A stretch of DNA of 64,000 nt from positions 28,048 to 92,047 of the forward strand of contig JAUQVK010000037.1 of the NCBI GenBank assembly GCA_039794845.1, in the 5' to 3' direction. The notes beneath the pieces are model-generated. The model did not search any database, was not told where the DNA came from, and saw nothing but the letters and a program-made list of their open reading frames with translations. Origin of the DNA: Thermostichus sp. DRC_bins_24. GTDB taxonomy: Bacteria > Cyanobacteriota > Cyanobacteriia > Thermostichales > Thermostichaceae. Below, piece by piece: positions 32,007 through 42,128 of this stretch. Both the position numbers and the translations under genes were made by a program. How positions within the stretch are numbered: the first letter of the stretch is position 1; each line of letters opens with the position of its first letter.

Positions 32007-32663
32007 CTAGCGCTTGTTGCCCACTTGTTTGGCGGGGGTGATTTCCAAAAGCCCCCCCTCCACGCCGGGCACACAGCCTTTGATGAGCAGTAGATCCCGC
32101 TCCACATCCACCTGCACCAGTTGCAACTTACGGGTGGTAACCCGACTGGCCCCCAAACGACCCGCCATGCGCAGGCCCGGAAACACCCGACCGGGGGTCG
32201 TGCCTGCGCCGATGGATCCCGGCTCGCGATGGTTCTTGGAACCATGAGACATGGGACCGCGACCAAAGTGGTGGCGCTTTTGGTTACCCGCAAACCCACG
32301 CCCGATGGAAGTGCCCGCTACATCCAGCAACTGCCCAGGGGTGAACATGTCTACCGTGAGGGTTTGCCCCAACCGGTAACTTTCCGGTTGCTCGACGCGG
32401 AACTCCCGCAAATGGCGGAGCCACTGGCCCACACCTGCTTTGCTGAGATGACCCCGCTGCGCTTGGCTCAGGTGCTTTTCAGCGGTGGGGAGATAACCCA
32501 CTTGCAGAGCGTTGTAGCCATCTGTGGCTTGGGTCTTGATCTGAGTAATGGTGCAGGGACCTGCCTGCACAACGGTGACAGGAATGGCCAGACCCTCTGG
32601 GGAGAAGATCTGGGTCATGCCGACTTTTCTTCCAAGGATGCCAAGCACCACAAGAGCCTCCAA
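32007..32663 (-). CDS. rplC: 50S ribosomal protein L3 (start approximate)
   Basis: [25 protein letters not shown]. Confidence 0.96.
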   Translation of the reverse strand: MEALVVLGILGRKVGMTQIFSPEGLAIPVTVVQAGPCTITQIKTQATDGYNALQVGYLPTAEKHLSQAQRGHLSKAGVGQWLRHLREFRVEQPESYRLGQTLTVDMFTPGQLLDVAGTSIGRGFAGNQKRHHFGRGPMSHGSKNHREPGSIGAGTTPGRVFPGLRMAGRLGASRVTTRKLQLVQVDVERDLLLIKGCVPGVEGGLLEITPAKQVGNKR

Positions 32664-33028
32664 CCGAGCCTGTACGACTCGCCTTTGTCAACTTAACAAC
32701 TGGCCCAACGAGCCGGATCCGTCAGATCTTGCCGGATCTGGGACGCATCGAGACATCACCTATTGAGCGGCCCATCCAGGTGGGAGCAGCACGACGGCAA
32801 TCTGCTCAGCACCAAAACGCAATGGCAGGAGCGATGAAGTTCGAGCGGATGAGAAGCAACCCAGCCGCTGCTGTGTTCTCTACCTCACTCACCCCGAAAT
32901 CACACGCCAAACTGCCTTCTTAAACTGCTCAGACTTGCCCGCAGTGGGGCAGTATCTGGAGTAGCAGCACGCTAAGGTTGCCGAAAACCCTTGTCAAAGC
33001 GGGCGAACCTAATAGGCAACAGTAGTAC

Positions 33029-33058
33029 ATCATAGTGAAGAAAAGACCTGTTTGTCCA
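33029..33058 (-). promoter_or_regulatory. Putative promoter of the r-protein operon
   Basis: Minus strand TGGACA-N18-TATGAT; implies a ~360-nt leader before rplC. Confidence 0.55.
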
Positions 33059-33096
33059 GATTTTCACAGAAGAAATTCGGTCAGTTGAGGAGGCCA

Positions 33097-35130
33097 ATGA
33101 CGGTGACGACAGCTCCGGTGGGGAGAAAGGGCCATTTTGAGGGAAAACCAGCGCCTTTTAAGAGCGTGATTGGCTGGGCAGGCAGCGGGTTGACTCAGGC
33201 TTGCGTCGATCACTACTGCGCTTTGCTGGAGGCGGGATCCGAGCCGGGGCGGATTCTGTTTTTGGTGCGGAGCCAGCGACAGGCTGATGAAGTTCTGCGG
33301 CGTTTGCAGCAAGCCCGTTCCGGTTTGGTGGGGCCCTGGCGGGTCGAGACCTTTCTGCAACGGGTGGGACAATCCTTGGCAGACCATTGGCCGCAGGTGC
33401 GGGCGGGGATCCCGCAATTGCCCCTCAAGTTCGAGCCGGTGCCTCTGGCCAAAGATTTAACCCAATTTCTCTGTGCGCGGGCCTGTGCCCTTTGTCCCCG
33501 CCACGGGGAAGCCTTTGCCAAGATCGGGCTGAAGGAGTTCCAGGTTTGGGATCAAATCAGCAGTGCGGCCTATATTGCGGGGGCTTCTGGCTTGGCGGCT
33601 GAGGCCGTGGGATCTCGATTGGCACAAGCTTGGCCAGAAGATACCGATCCGGCTCGGGCTGAGGCTTTACAGGCCATGGGCTGTTGTGTGGGGCAACTGT
33701 GGGAGGCGGCCCTAGGACTGGGATCCCTGGATTTTGGCCTGCAAATACGGCTGTTTCGGGAACAGATTTTGCCCTTGGCGGAGTTTTGGGCTCAGTGGGA
33801 TCACCTGATTGTGGACCAAGCAGAAGACAGTTGTGGGGTAGCGCTGGAGTTTTACCGGCTGGGCCAAGCCCACCTAAAAAGTCAATTTTTTAGCTACACG
33901 ATTGGCGGCGGCGCTTCGTTCACCGGGGTTCCAGAAAGTGTGGCTCGCTTTTTGATCGAAGAGACCCAATTTCAACCTCTTGAGGGAAGCTACCGTGCCT
34001 CAGTAGGAATGATCCAGCTGGGATTGCAGATCACCCAGGTGTTGGATCCGCAGTTTACCCATCCCTTACCCGAACCGAAATTGGGGCAGTTGCCCGCGGT
34101 GAAACTGTTGGAGGGAGAGACCCAGTTTGCAGCGGTGGAGGAGATGGTTGCCCAGATTAAAACCTTACGGGCAGCAGGGATCCCGGCTTCTCGCATCGCC
34201 ATTTTGCTGCCCCGTATGGATGCTGGGGTGAGCCTGAGCCTGCAGGAGCAACTGCCGCAGGAGCCGATTTTGCCGATTACCCCCTTTCCGGCCCTGATTC
34301 GCTATCCTCTGGTGCGGGCGGTATTGACGGCAGCGGAACTGGCCCACCCCCAGTGGGGAGCCTTTCCCACCTTGCCGGAGTGGCGGCTGCTGTTGGGCAT
34401 GGTGCTGGATTTGGATCCAATCCGGGCGGCGTTGCTGGCCGAAGATACGTTGGATCCGGTGGGACGGTCGCTGCGCCCCCAAACCGCGGTACGCCAGCCG
34501 GAGCGGGTCGGGTTTGCCAACCTGGAGCGCTATCAGAAGTTGTTCCATTGGCTGCGAGGTTATCGCTCGGGATCCCCTCTGGCCTATTTTTTTCAACGAT
34601 TTTTTGCGGATCATTTGGCTCAGGTGATCTCCTCTGCCCAGGATCAAGAGTTGCTGCGGCTGTTGATCGAGGCAGCCCAACGGTTTCGTCGGGCCTTCCC
34701 CTCAGAAGCGGATCCCTCCTTTTTGGCCATGATTCGCTCTGGACAAACCCCCAGCAGCAGCCGTTTTGAGCCTGACTATTCGCGTCATTTGGTGGTCGCT
34801 ACGCCCGTGGCCTACATCAATCGGAGCCTAGAGGCTGATTACCAGTTTTGGTTTGATATCACCAACCCCAGTTGGTCCCGTTCCCTCTGGCACATGCTCT
34901 ACAACGACCGCGTACTCACCCCGGAATGGGATGGCAGCGTTTTCGATCCAGCCCGCGATGCACAGGCGCGTCAGCAACTCTTGGCTCGTACCCTATTGAA
35001 TCTCTGCTGCCGCAATCGGCAAGGGCTGTGGCTGGTGCGCTCGAACTTTAATTATCGCGGCGAGGAGAACACCGGCATTTTGGACTATTTGATTTTGAAA
35101 GCGATGAGGACGATGGCGACTGCTAGATAG
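33097..35130 (+). CDS. Degenerate SF1-helicase-like (UvrD/AddB N-terminal-like) protein
   Basis: GAGGAGG SD; degenerate Walker A GWAGSGLT, degenerate Walker B LIVDQAED, SRIAILLP. Confidence 0.6.
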   Translation: MTVTTAPVGRKGHFEGKPAPFKSVIGWAGSGLTQACVDHYCALLEAGSEPGRILFLVRSQRQADEVLRRLQQARSGLVGPWRVETFLQRVGQSLADHWPQVRAGIPQLPLKFEPVPLAKDLTQFLCARACALCPRHGEAFAKIGLKEFQVWDQISSAAYIAGASGLAAEAVGSRLAQAWPEDTDPARAEALQAMGCCVGQLWEAALGLGSLDFGLQIRLFREQILPLAEFWAQWDHLIVDQAEDSCGVALEFYRLGQAHLKSQFFSYTIGGGASFTGVPESVARFLIEETQFQPLEGSYRASVGMIQLGLQITQVLDPQFTHPLPEPKLGQLPAVKLLEGETQFAAVEEMVAQIKTLRAAGIPASRIAILLPRMDAGVSLSLQEQLPQEPILPITPFPALIRYPLVRAVLTAAELAHPQWGAFPTLPEWRLLLGMVLDLDPIRAALLAEDTLDPVGRSLRPQTAVRQPERVGFANLERYQKLFHWLRGYRSGSPLAYFFQRFFADHLAQVISSAQDQELLRLLIEAAQRFRRAFPSEADPSFLAMIRSGQTPSSSRFEPDYSRHLVVATPVAYINRSLEADYQFWFDITNPSWSRSLWHMLYNDRVLTPEWDGSVFDPARDAQARQQLLARTLLNLCCRNRQGLWLVRSNFNYRGEENTGILDYLILKAMRTMATAR

Positions 35131-35194
35131 CCTCTTAGATGACCTCTTGACCAGCCGGGCGGTCTAAGGACTTCGGTTTCAAGGTTGATCTCTA

Positions 35195-35372
35195 TAACCA
35201 TTGCCATTACAGCCCTTGCGCGGGTTTTCTACAGCAGGTATTGCGATTCCTGTTCTCGCTCCGCGAGGTGCGGAGCACCCTCCTGCTCTGCGGGGCCCGG
35301 AGGGCCATCTCCCTGGGGGGCGGATCGCAACTTCCCCAGTTGTTACACGCGACTGGCGGACACGCCGGTGTG
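35195..35372 (-). ncRNA. ssaA: 6S RNA
   Basis: Rod fold by hand: GGCGTGTCCGCCAGTCGCG closing stem, A-rich central bubble (TGTAACAACT / TGTAGAAAACC), GTTGCGAT/ATCGCAAT stem, terminal two-hairpin cloverleaf as in cyanobacterial 6S. Confidence 0.75.
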
Positions 35373-35500
35373 CCCTGGGCATAAAGGGCTGTAACAGGAC
35401 TTGCGCTTTCTGAGTCAGCTGGAAGGGCTGTATTGATTCACAAGCAGCCTACCCAGGATAATTTAAAGCCATATTCGCCTCTCAGAACCCCATACGCCCT

Positions 35501-36124
35501 ATGACTGCTGCCTTTGTCCATCCCCCTTTGGCCCAAACCCTGCTGCCTCGTCCCTCCCGTGTTCGGGATCTGTTGTTGATCCTGGGGGGAAGTTTGTTTG
35601 TGGCTGTCCTGGCTCAGCTGCGGATCCCTTTGCCTTTTACCCCGGTACCCATTACGGGGCAGACCTTTGGGGTGCTGTTGGTGGGGGCCGGCTTCGGGGC
35701 ACGGCTGAGCTTTCTGACCCTCTTGCTCTATCTACTGGAAGGTCTCTTGGGGCTGCCGGTTTTCACAGGCGGGGGATCCGGGTTTAGCCATTTGGTGGGG
35801 CCCACAGGGGGCTATTTGCTGGCGTTTCCTCTGGCAGCTGGGCTGATGGGCTGGTTTGTACAGCAACTGGGGGTGGATCGCAAGGCGTGGAAAATGGCGG
35901 CGGCGATGCTGGCCTGTACTGCTCTGATTTATCTGATTGGTGCCACTTGGCTGGGAGTATGGCTGAACCAGAATGTCGGCCCAACCTCTCTTTGGGAGGT
36001 GCTGAATAAAGGGGTGTTTCCCTTCTGGGTTGGGGATTTGATCAAGCTGGGGTTGACGGCACTCTTGTTACCCCTCACTTGGCGCTGGCTGGATCGAGAA
36101 AAGCCAACCGAAGACCAGGAGTAA
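35501..36124 (+). CDS. bioY: Biotin transporter BioY
   Basis: PFTPVPITGQT, GLPVFTGG, GPTGGYL. Confidence 0.93.
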   Translation: MTAAFVHPPLAQTLLPRPSRVRDLLLILGGSLFVAVLAQLRIPLPFTPVPITGQTFGVLLVGAGFGARLSFLTLLLYLLEGLLGLPVFTGGGSGFSHLVGPTGGYLLAFPLAAGLMGWFVQQLGVDRKAWKMAAAMLACTALIYLIGATWLGVWLNQNVGPTSLWEVLNKGVFPFWVGDLIKLGLTALLLPLTWRWLDREKPTEDQE

Positions 36125-36417
36125 CGCCAGGATCCTCAGCCAAGACAACTCCACAGGGATCCCGACCAAGCAGAGCACGATCCTGCTGGAGGGTCACTCT
36201 GCTGTGCCTACGGCACCCTGCCGGGAACCGCACGACCCAGAGGGTGGGTCAACGTCTCGGGGTTCACTTCACAGCCGGAGAATCTAAAAAAAAGATAAGA
36301 GCTTCCGGGATCCGGCCTTTTTTCTGAGATTCTAGTAACTGTGTTCAAAGCAGCTTGGTGATGGAGCCCTTTTTTATTTGCTCTAGAGCTTTTATAAATC
36401 GCTGATTGGTCGTGTTT

Positions 36418-36441
36418 AAGCCCCTTTTTGGGGCTTTCTTT
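36418..36441 (+). terminator. Possible intrinsic terminator between convergent bioY and gshB
   Basis: AAGCCCC-TTTTT-GGGGCTT followed by TCTTT. Confidence 0.4.
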
Positions 36442-36541
36442 ATGGCCTGAATGGTGAAGATGGAGGGTATGAGAAAAGGGATCCCTGGCATCTTTGGAAA
36501 CTCTCTAACCAAACTCCCTATTGAAACCCTAGTGGGGCTGA

Positions 36542-37489
36542 TCACCCCTTGATAGGCGCCTTCTTCTCCAACCACCGGGCCACCTGATCCGCCAGATCCA
36601 CCGCTTCCAACTGACACATTTCTCGGAGCATGGTGGGGCTGGTCACATTCACTTCGGTCAGCCGTTCTCCGATGACATCAATTCCGACAAAATAGAGCTT
36701 CTCTTGCCGTAGCACGGGTGCCAAAGCCCCGCACAAAGCACGTTCTTTTTCGGTAATTTCGGTTTTCTCTACTCTACCTCCGGCGGCAATATTGCCGCGA
36801 AAATCCCCCTGACCGGGCACGCGATTTACCGCTCCCAGAGGTTCTCCTTCTAGCAACAAAATGCGTTTGTCCCCCGCCACCGCCTCGGGCAGATATTCCT
36901 GCACCATCACGGGCAACTGGCCAAATTGGGTGCTGATCTCGATTAACGAATTCAGGTTGGGATCCCCGGCATTCACCCGTAGGATCCCTTCGCCGCCCTT
37001 ACCGCCCAAGGGTTTGAGCACGGCTTGGCCTTCCTGCTCGATAAACTGGCGCAACAGTTGTTTGTTGCCGCTGACTCGGGTGCGCGGGGTCCAATTTTGG
37101 AATTGCAGGGCATAGAGCTTTTCGTTGGCGGAGCGGATCCCTGCAGGATGGTTAAGCACCAGGGTTTTGTGGGGTGAGAGGCGATCCAGAAGGTAGGTGG
37201 CGTAGAGATAGGCCGTATCCACGGGGGGATCCTTGCGCATCCACACCGCTTGCATTTGGCTCAAGGGCAGGAGTTGCTGTTCTTTGATCTCATACCAGGG
37301 ATCCGATTCGAGATCCAACACAATTTCTGCCAGGGATCCCCAGGTTTCCCCTTGATCCAGGTACAGATCGGCGATGCCCAGGCAAAAGATGCGGTGCCCT
37401 CGTTTCTGCAACGCCTCCATCAGGGCAACGCTGGTATCATGGCCCACCTGCAACTGGGGCAACGGATCGACGATGAAAGCTACCTGCAT
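36542..37489 (-). CDS. gshB: Glutathione synthetase
   Basis: MRKDPPVD, NEKL, GDKRI, FRGN, TEVNVTSPT. Confidence 0.95.
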   Translation of the reverse strand: MQVAFIVDPLPQLQVGHDTSVALMEALQKRGHRIFCLGIADLYLDQGETWGSLAEIVLDLESDPWYEIKEQQLLPLSQMQAVWMRKDPPVDTAYLYATYLLDRLSPHKTLVLNHPAGIRSANEKLYALQFQNWTPRTRVSGNKQLLRQFIEQEGQAVLKPLGGKGGEGILRVNAGDPNLNSLIEISTQFGQLPVMVQEYLPEAVAGDKRILLLEGEPLGAVNRVPGQGDFRGNIAAGGRVEKTEITEKERALCGALAPVLRQEKLYFVGIDVIGERLTEVNVTSPTMLREMCQLEAVDLADQVARWLEKKAPIKG

Positions 37490-37739
37490 GGATCACCAGG
37501 GAAAGGCTGCCCTGAGTATGCAACAAATCGGAGACCATCCGCCCTTTCTTGTGTCGCGCTCCCAAGGAAGAAAGGTAGGCCCAAGAAAGCAATGCGGAAC
37601 CGCCTTTTTAATGCCCTCTTAACCTCCGTAGGCGGCACAAACGTTAGCTTGATACTATACCTGGTAGCCTCTTTCAACGCTTAGGCACTTCTTCCACTGA
37701 CTGGGTTGGCTCACCTTCTGATCTGCCTGTAGGGATCCC

Positions 37740-38474
37740 GTGTCCGTGACTGCCTCCTCTTCCGAATCCTCTGCCCCGGTTCGTATCGAAAGCACACGAG
37801 AGTTGCTGGCAGCCCTCCGTGAGGGGCGCCCTTTGCTGGGTGCCAACTTGGAAAAGGCCTATCTTTCGCGGGGCCTTTTCGACCGCATTCAAATGCCCAA
37901 GGCCAACTTGGTTCGGGCTAACTTGCGCTCCATCAGCCTGCAGCAAGCGGATCTTCGCCTTTGTAACTTTCGCCGCGCCGATATCGAGCGAGCCAACTTT
38001 GCCGCCTCGGATCTGCGGGGATCCAGCTTCAGCCAAGCCCTGGGAGACTACAGCAACTTCACCGCTGCCAAGCTCGACAAAAGCAGCTTTCAGGCGGGGC
38101 GCTTCAGCCATTCCCTCTTTCGAGGCGCCAGCTTGGTTGCAGCCAACCTAATGGAGGGGAACTTTTTCTCCAGCGACTTCCGCCAAGCCAACCTGTTTCG
38201 CAGCAACCTCTCGGGGGCGGCCTTGGTCAGCTGCCAACTGCAATCGGCCAACCTGGAACAAGCCGTTTTGGTGGGGGCCAACCTGCAGGATGCTCAAATT
38301 GATCAGATGCACTTTGCCGGAGCCGACTTTACCGATGCCAAGCTCTCGGACGAGATGCGTAAGGTTTTGATCGAGCAGGCAACGGGCACCAACGAGCTCA
38401 CCCAGAGGGATACCCTCAACACCCTACTGGCGGGGCTACAGCCCAAATCTCGCAAGTTGTTCGGGTTGCTGTAA
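37740..38474 (+). CDS. Pentapeptide repeat protein
   Basis: Tandem A(N/D)(L/F)xx repeats. Confidence 0.9.
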   Translation: MSVTASSSESSAPVRIESTRELLAALREGRPLLGANLEKAYLSRGLFDRIQMPKANLVRANLRSISLQQADLRLCNFRRADIERANFAASDLRGSSFSQALGDYSNFTAAKLDKSSFQAGRFSHSLFRGASLVAANLMEGNFFSSDFRQANLFRSNLSGAALVSCQLQSANLEQAVLVGANLQDAQIDQMHFAGADFTDAKLSDEMRKVLIEQATGTNELTQRDTLNTLLAGLQPKSRKLFGLL

Positions 38475-38513
38475 GGGCTGACTTTGTTAAGCCCAACCGG
38501 CGAAAGAAAAAAC

Positions 38514-38750
38514 TCAAAACTGGTTCAGGTTGATCCCGGCTTCGCGGGCCATGGCTCCGATGCCTTTGGTCTTGAGGGTTTTCAGGGCTTTGGTGGACAG
38601 GCGCAAGCGAACAAAACGGTTACCCTCTTCCCACCAGATGCGTTTCCACTGCAAATTCACCTCCTGCAGGCGCTTGGTGCGTCGGTGGGAGTGGGAGATG
38701 GAGAAAGCGTTGTTGCGCTTCTTGTTGGTTAACTGGCAGCGACGCGCCAT
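38514..38750 (-). CDS. rpmB: 50S ribosomal protein L28
   Basis: [24 protein letters not shown]. Confidence 0.97.
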   Translation of the reverse strand: MARRCQLTNKKRNNAFSISHSHRRTKRLQEVNLQWKRIWWEEGNRFVRLRLSTKALKTLKTKGIGAMAREAGINLNQF

Positions 38751-38773
38751 GGGATCCGGGTAACTCAGCTTTG

Positions 38774-39136
38774 CTATCTTAAGGTATCTTTTTGTTGAGC
38801 AGCAAGCTGAAGCTGACTTTGCAACTGGGCCAACTCTGCCTTCAGTTGGTCAAAGGTTTGTTGGCAATGGTTGACGCTTTTTAGGGGCAGCTCCTCGTTT
38901 TTGGCGATGCAGGTCACCTGGATGGAGCCATCAGCAGTTTGACGGGTGCGATCCATCAACACTTCTACGGTCACCAATTTGGTGTAGGGGTTTTTCCCCG
39001 GGGGTTCGCCGGCCACCCAGTAATCAGGACTGTTGTGGAGGACGTTGAGCTGGCAGCGCTCCAAGATGGCGCGGATCGACTCGCTCAACTGCTCGGCTGA
39101 GCCCACAAGCTGGGTAACGCAAGAGTATCGAGCCAT
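38774..39136 (-). CDS. Conserved cyanobacterial hypothetical protein
   Basis: [25 protein letters not shown] pattern. Confidence 0.65.
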   Translation of the reverse strand: MARYSCVTQLVGSAEQLSESIRAILERCQLNVLHNSPDYWVAGEPPGKNPYTKLVTVEVLMDRTRQTADGSIQVTCIAKNEELPLKSVNHCQQTFDQLKAELAQLQSQLQLAAQQKDTLR

Positions 39137-39342
39137 AGGAGAAGCAGGTCACCATGGCCATCCTACCACCAAGTTTTCGGATCCTGGCTTGCCTCTAGCC
39201 GACAAAAAGGGATCCGGCAAAATTGCGCTCAAGAGTAATCTACCTCAGTTCCGTCAACCCTTCCGCGCAAGAGGGAACTACGTTACAACAAAGGCAACGT
39301 CTTCCCTTATCTATCACCAGCTCCTTCCCCAGGAGAGTCGTT

Positions 39343-40455
39343 ATGTCTGTGGGCTCTTTTCTAGGCCGTTCTCTTTCCCTGCTGCTACTGGGATCCCTCA
39401 GCATCGGGTGGATGGGAGCGGGGCAAGCGCAACCCTTTCAGGCGGGAGACCTGGATGGTGACGGCCGTTTGACGGTGCAGGATTTGAACCTGCTGGGGGC
39501 CTACTTGCGGGGAGAACGGGGGTTGACCGACGAGCAGATCCGAGCTGCCGATGTCAATCAGGATGGGCGGATCACCGAAGCCGATTGGCAGTTGTTGCAG
39601 CAGCGCATTCAGGTGGCAACAGACGCTCGCACAGGACAGGTGCGGTTGGATTCCGCCTATTCCGGGCAGGTGGTGGATCGGCTGACCGGACAACCCCTTG
39701 CCGGGGCAGAGGTGGCCATTCCGGGAGCAGGCATTTCGGTGCGAACGGATGCTCAGGGTCGGTTTCGCCTGCCAGGGGCCGTACCAGCGGAAGAAATTTT
39801 GGTGGCACGGCTGGAGAATTATTTGCCCTACTCCCAAAGTACGGGCAGCGGTCAAGCCAGCGGGGATCGGCCTTTGCAACTGCAGTTGGAGCGCTGGGAT
39901 CCCAATACGACCTTGGTGCTGGAATCAAACGTAATCCGGCTGGGGGATAACCGGTATTCGCCCGAATCCGCTGCTGCCGGACAATTTCTTGCCCCAGCCC
40001 AGGGGGTGGAGCTGACCCGCTCCTTTACGTTGCAGCAGATGCCCCCACGTCCGCCGGTTTTGCGGATTGGGTCGTTGATTGGGTTGGATACCGCCGAAGC
40101 CTATCGAGCCGGTCAATCGCGGATCCCCAGCGCCAATATGTCACCGATGCAGGTGATCCTCAACGGGGTGGAGGTGGAGCAAATCCGCTTGGGGGGGGAT
40201 AACCTGCGGATTCCATTGCCCCTACAACACCTGCGCCTGGGCATGAATACGGTTACCCTGCGCACGGGCAAAACCGTGATTCAACCCAACCTTGTCACCC
40301 GTGGCCCCCAGGTGCCCATCAGCATTCCCCTACTGGGGGGATCCCTGCAAATTTCCGTGCCGGTGGGGAGTAGCACGGTTGGTCGGCAGGGCAGCGGGTG
40401 GGTGGATTACGACGATGTGCAGTTGGCCAATGTCACCCTCGAGATTCCCAATTAG
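39343..40455 (+). CDS. Secreted protein with type-I dockerin and carboxypeptidase-regulatory-like domain
   Basis: Signal peptide; GDLDGDGRLTVQDL and ADVNQDGRITEAD Ca-loop pair; GQVVD..TGQPLAGAEV..TDAQGRF. Confidence 0.75.
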   Translation: MSVGSFLGRSLSLLLLGSLSIGWMGAGQAQPFQAGDLDGDGRLTVQDLNLLGAYLRGERGLTDEQIRAADVNQDGRITEADWQLLQQRIQVATDARTGQVRLDSAYSGQVVDRLTGQPLAGAEVAIPGAGISVRTDAQGRFRLPGAVPAEEILVARLENYLPYSQSTGSGQASGDRPLQLQLERWDPNTTLVLESNVIRLGDNRYSPESAAAGQFLAPAQGVELTRSFTLQQMPPRPPVLRIGSLIGLDTAEAYRAGQSRIPSANMSPMQVILNGVEVEQIRLGGDNLRIPLPLQHLRLGMNTVTLRTGKTVIQPNLVTRGPQVPISIPLLGGSLQISVPVGSSTVGRQGSGWVDYDDVQLANVTLEIPN

Positions 40456-40707
40456 CCTTCTTCGCCTGTGGCAGGCTGGTATTCCTTAGCTCCTTGGGCC
40501 AACAAGGGGTTGGGATCCCTCCAAAGGGGATCCAAGGCAATGGCCTGGGCAATGCCCACCCGTAGTGGGTTGTGGCAAGAGTGGGATCCGGACCTGGCTT
40601 GGCTATGGCTTGACAGAGGCAAGTGGGGCTGAAGAGAATGCTGAGGGGCAGCCCTGAGCTGCATTGTGGGCTTGCCTGCACGTTATGCCCATCTAGGTCA
40701 CTGTTTT

Positions 40708-41145
40708 ATGGTTCTCTCCGTTGGCACTGCTGCACCCGGGTTTAACACCATCGATACCCAAGGCAATCAGGTTTCTCTGGCCAGTTTTGCAGGTAAAACC
40801 GTCGTCCTCTATTTTTACCCCAAAGACGACACCCCCGGTTGCACCAAAGAAGCCTGTGGATTTCGCGATGCTTATGCCGACTATCAGGGCAAAGATGTGG
40901 TGGTGTTGGGGGTGAGCATGGACGATCAAGCCTCTCACCAAAAGTTCACCGAAAAGTACAACTTGCCCTTCCCCCTACTGGTTGATAGCAGTGGGGTGAT
41001 CACCCGCGCCTACGACGTGGATGGGGGCGGCTACTCCAAGCGGGTCACCTATGTGATCGATGGGGAGGGCAAAATTAGCAAGGTGTATCAAAGTATCCAT
41101 ACCGAAACCCATGCCCGCGATATTCTGGCGGATTTGGGACTGTGA
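40708..41145 (+). CDS. Peroxiredoxin BCP/PrxQ
   Basis: YFYPKDDTPGCTKEAC. Confidence 0.93.
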   Translation: MVLSVGTAAPGFNTIDTQGNQVSLASFAGKTVVLYFYPKDDTPGCTKEACGFRDAYADYQGKDVVVLGVSMDDQASHQKFTEKYNLPFPLLVDSSGVITRAYDVDGGGYSKRVTYVIDGEGKISKVYQSIHTETHARDILADLGL

Positions 41146-41194
41146 ATGGGGCTGTATCCTTGAGTTCTCCTAGCTGGATCCCCTGCCTTTGCCC

Positions 41195-41938
41195 ATGAAT
41201 GACGACATTCCGGTCGCACGTCGCCAACCCACTCAGGTGGGAGGGAAACGCAGTCTGGCTGTGTCGCTGCGGTTGTGGTTGGGTTTGGGGTTGATGGTGC
41301 TGGTGCTGCTGGTCGGGTTGGGGCGCATTCTATGGGCAGAACTTGAGTCGTGGGGAGGGGATCCTGTTGCGATTGTGGAAGAGCCCGGCGAGCTCCTGTT
41401 GCCTCAGCCGACCCTGCAGGATGGGCGCGTTTCTCTGCTGGGTCATTTTGCCTTTTCGGAGGCCCCTCTGGAGAGCCTACAGGTGGTAGGAGCCTACCAT
41501 GGCCGCGAGATCCGCTTGCGCCAAGCAGCCGCTGAAAGCTACCGACGCATGGCAGAGGCCGCTCAAGCAGCCGGGATCCGGCTGGTGCCCATCTCGGGGT
41601 TTCGCTCCATTGCCGATCAAGAATACCTGTTCTTTCAACTGGCTCAAGCCCGCGCTTTGCGGCCAGAAGAACGGGCTGCCGTCAGCGCTCCCCCCGGCTA
41701 CAGCGAGCACCACACCGGCTATGCCATCGATATTGGCGACGCGGGTTTCCCGCAATTTGATACGCAGGAAGGGTTTGAATCCACCCCTGCCTTTCGATGG
41801 CTGGAGAGCAATGCCGCCCGCTTTGGCTTCGAGCTGTCCTTCCCCAGAGGCAACCCCCAAGGGGTGAGCTACGAGCCCTGGCACTGGCGCTTTGTGGGGG
41901 ATCGCAACAGTTTGGAAACGTTCTACAGCCTTCACTGA
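41195..41938 (+). CDS. M15B D-alanyl-D-alanine carboxypeptidase (VanY-like)
   Basis: TM anchor, SGFRS, SEHHTGYAID, YEPWHWRF. Confidence 0.92.
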   Translation: MNDDIPVARRQPTQVGGKRSLAVSLRLWLGLGLMVLVLLVGLGRILWAELESWGGDPVAIVEEPGELLLPQPTLQDGRVSLLGHFAFSEAPLESLQVVGAYHGREIRLRQAAAESYRRMAEAAQAAGIRLVPISGFRSIADQEYLFFQLAQARALRPEERAAVSAPPGYSEHHTGYAIDIGDAGFPQFDTQEGFESTPAFRWLESNAARFGFELSFPRGNPQGVSYEPWHWRFVGDRNSLETFYSLH

Positions 41939-42128
41939 GAAGCCCGGGGCTGTTCTTGGGCGTTGTTGCGCTTGTTCAAATGGTGGGCAATGGGAATCGT
42001 GGCCAGCAGGCTGATCGGGCCCATCACCAGCAGGCCATCCACGATCACGGCGGGCGGTGCGGCCTTGCGCCAGAAGGGATCCCTGCAGCGCCACACCAGC
42101 CCATGCGCAGTCATCCAGAAGGTTACCC

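Noticed and set aside
23961..32700. Absence of rpsJ, rpsN and rpmD from the r-protein operon
   Set aside because: Normal for cyanobacteria
35179..35413. Small ORFs or cobalamin riboswitch upstream of bioY
   Set aside because: GGGAAG is present but the other B12-box motifs are missing; a 6S-type fold explains the region better
36125..36541. oriC/dif or sRNA in the AT-rich bioY-gshB spacer
   Set aside because: No DnaA-box cluster or dif-like palindrome recognisable; only a possible terminator
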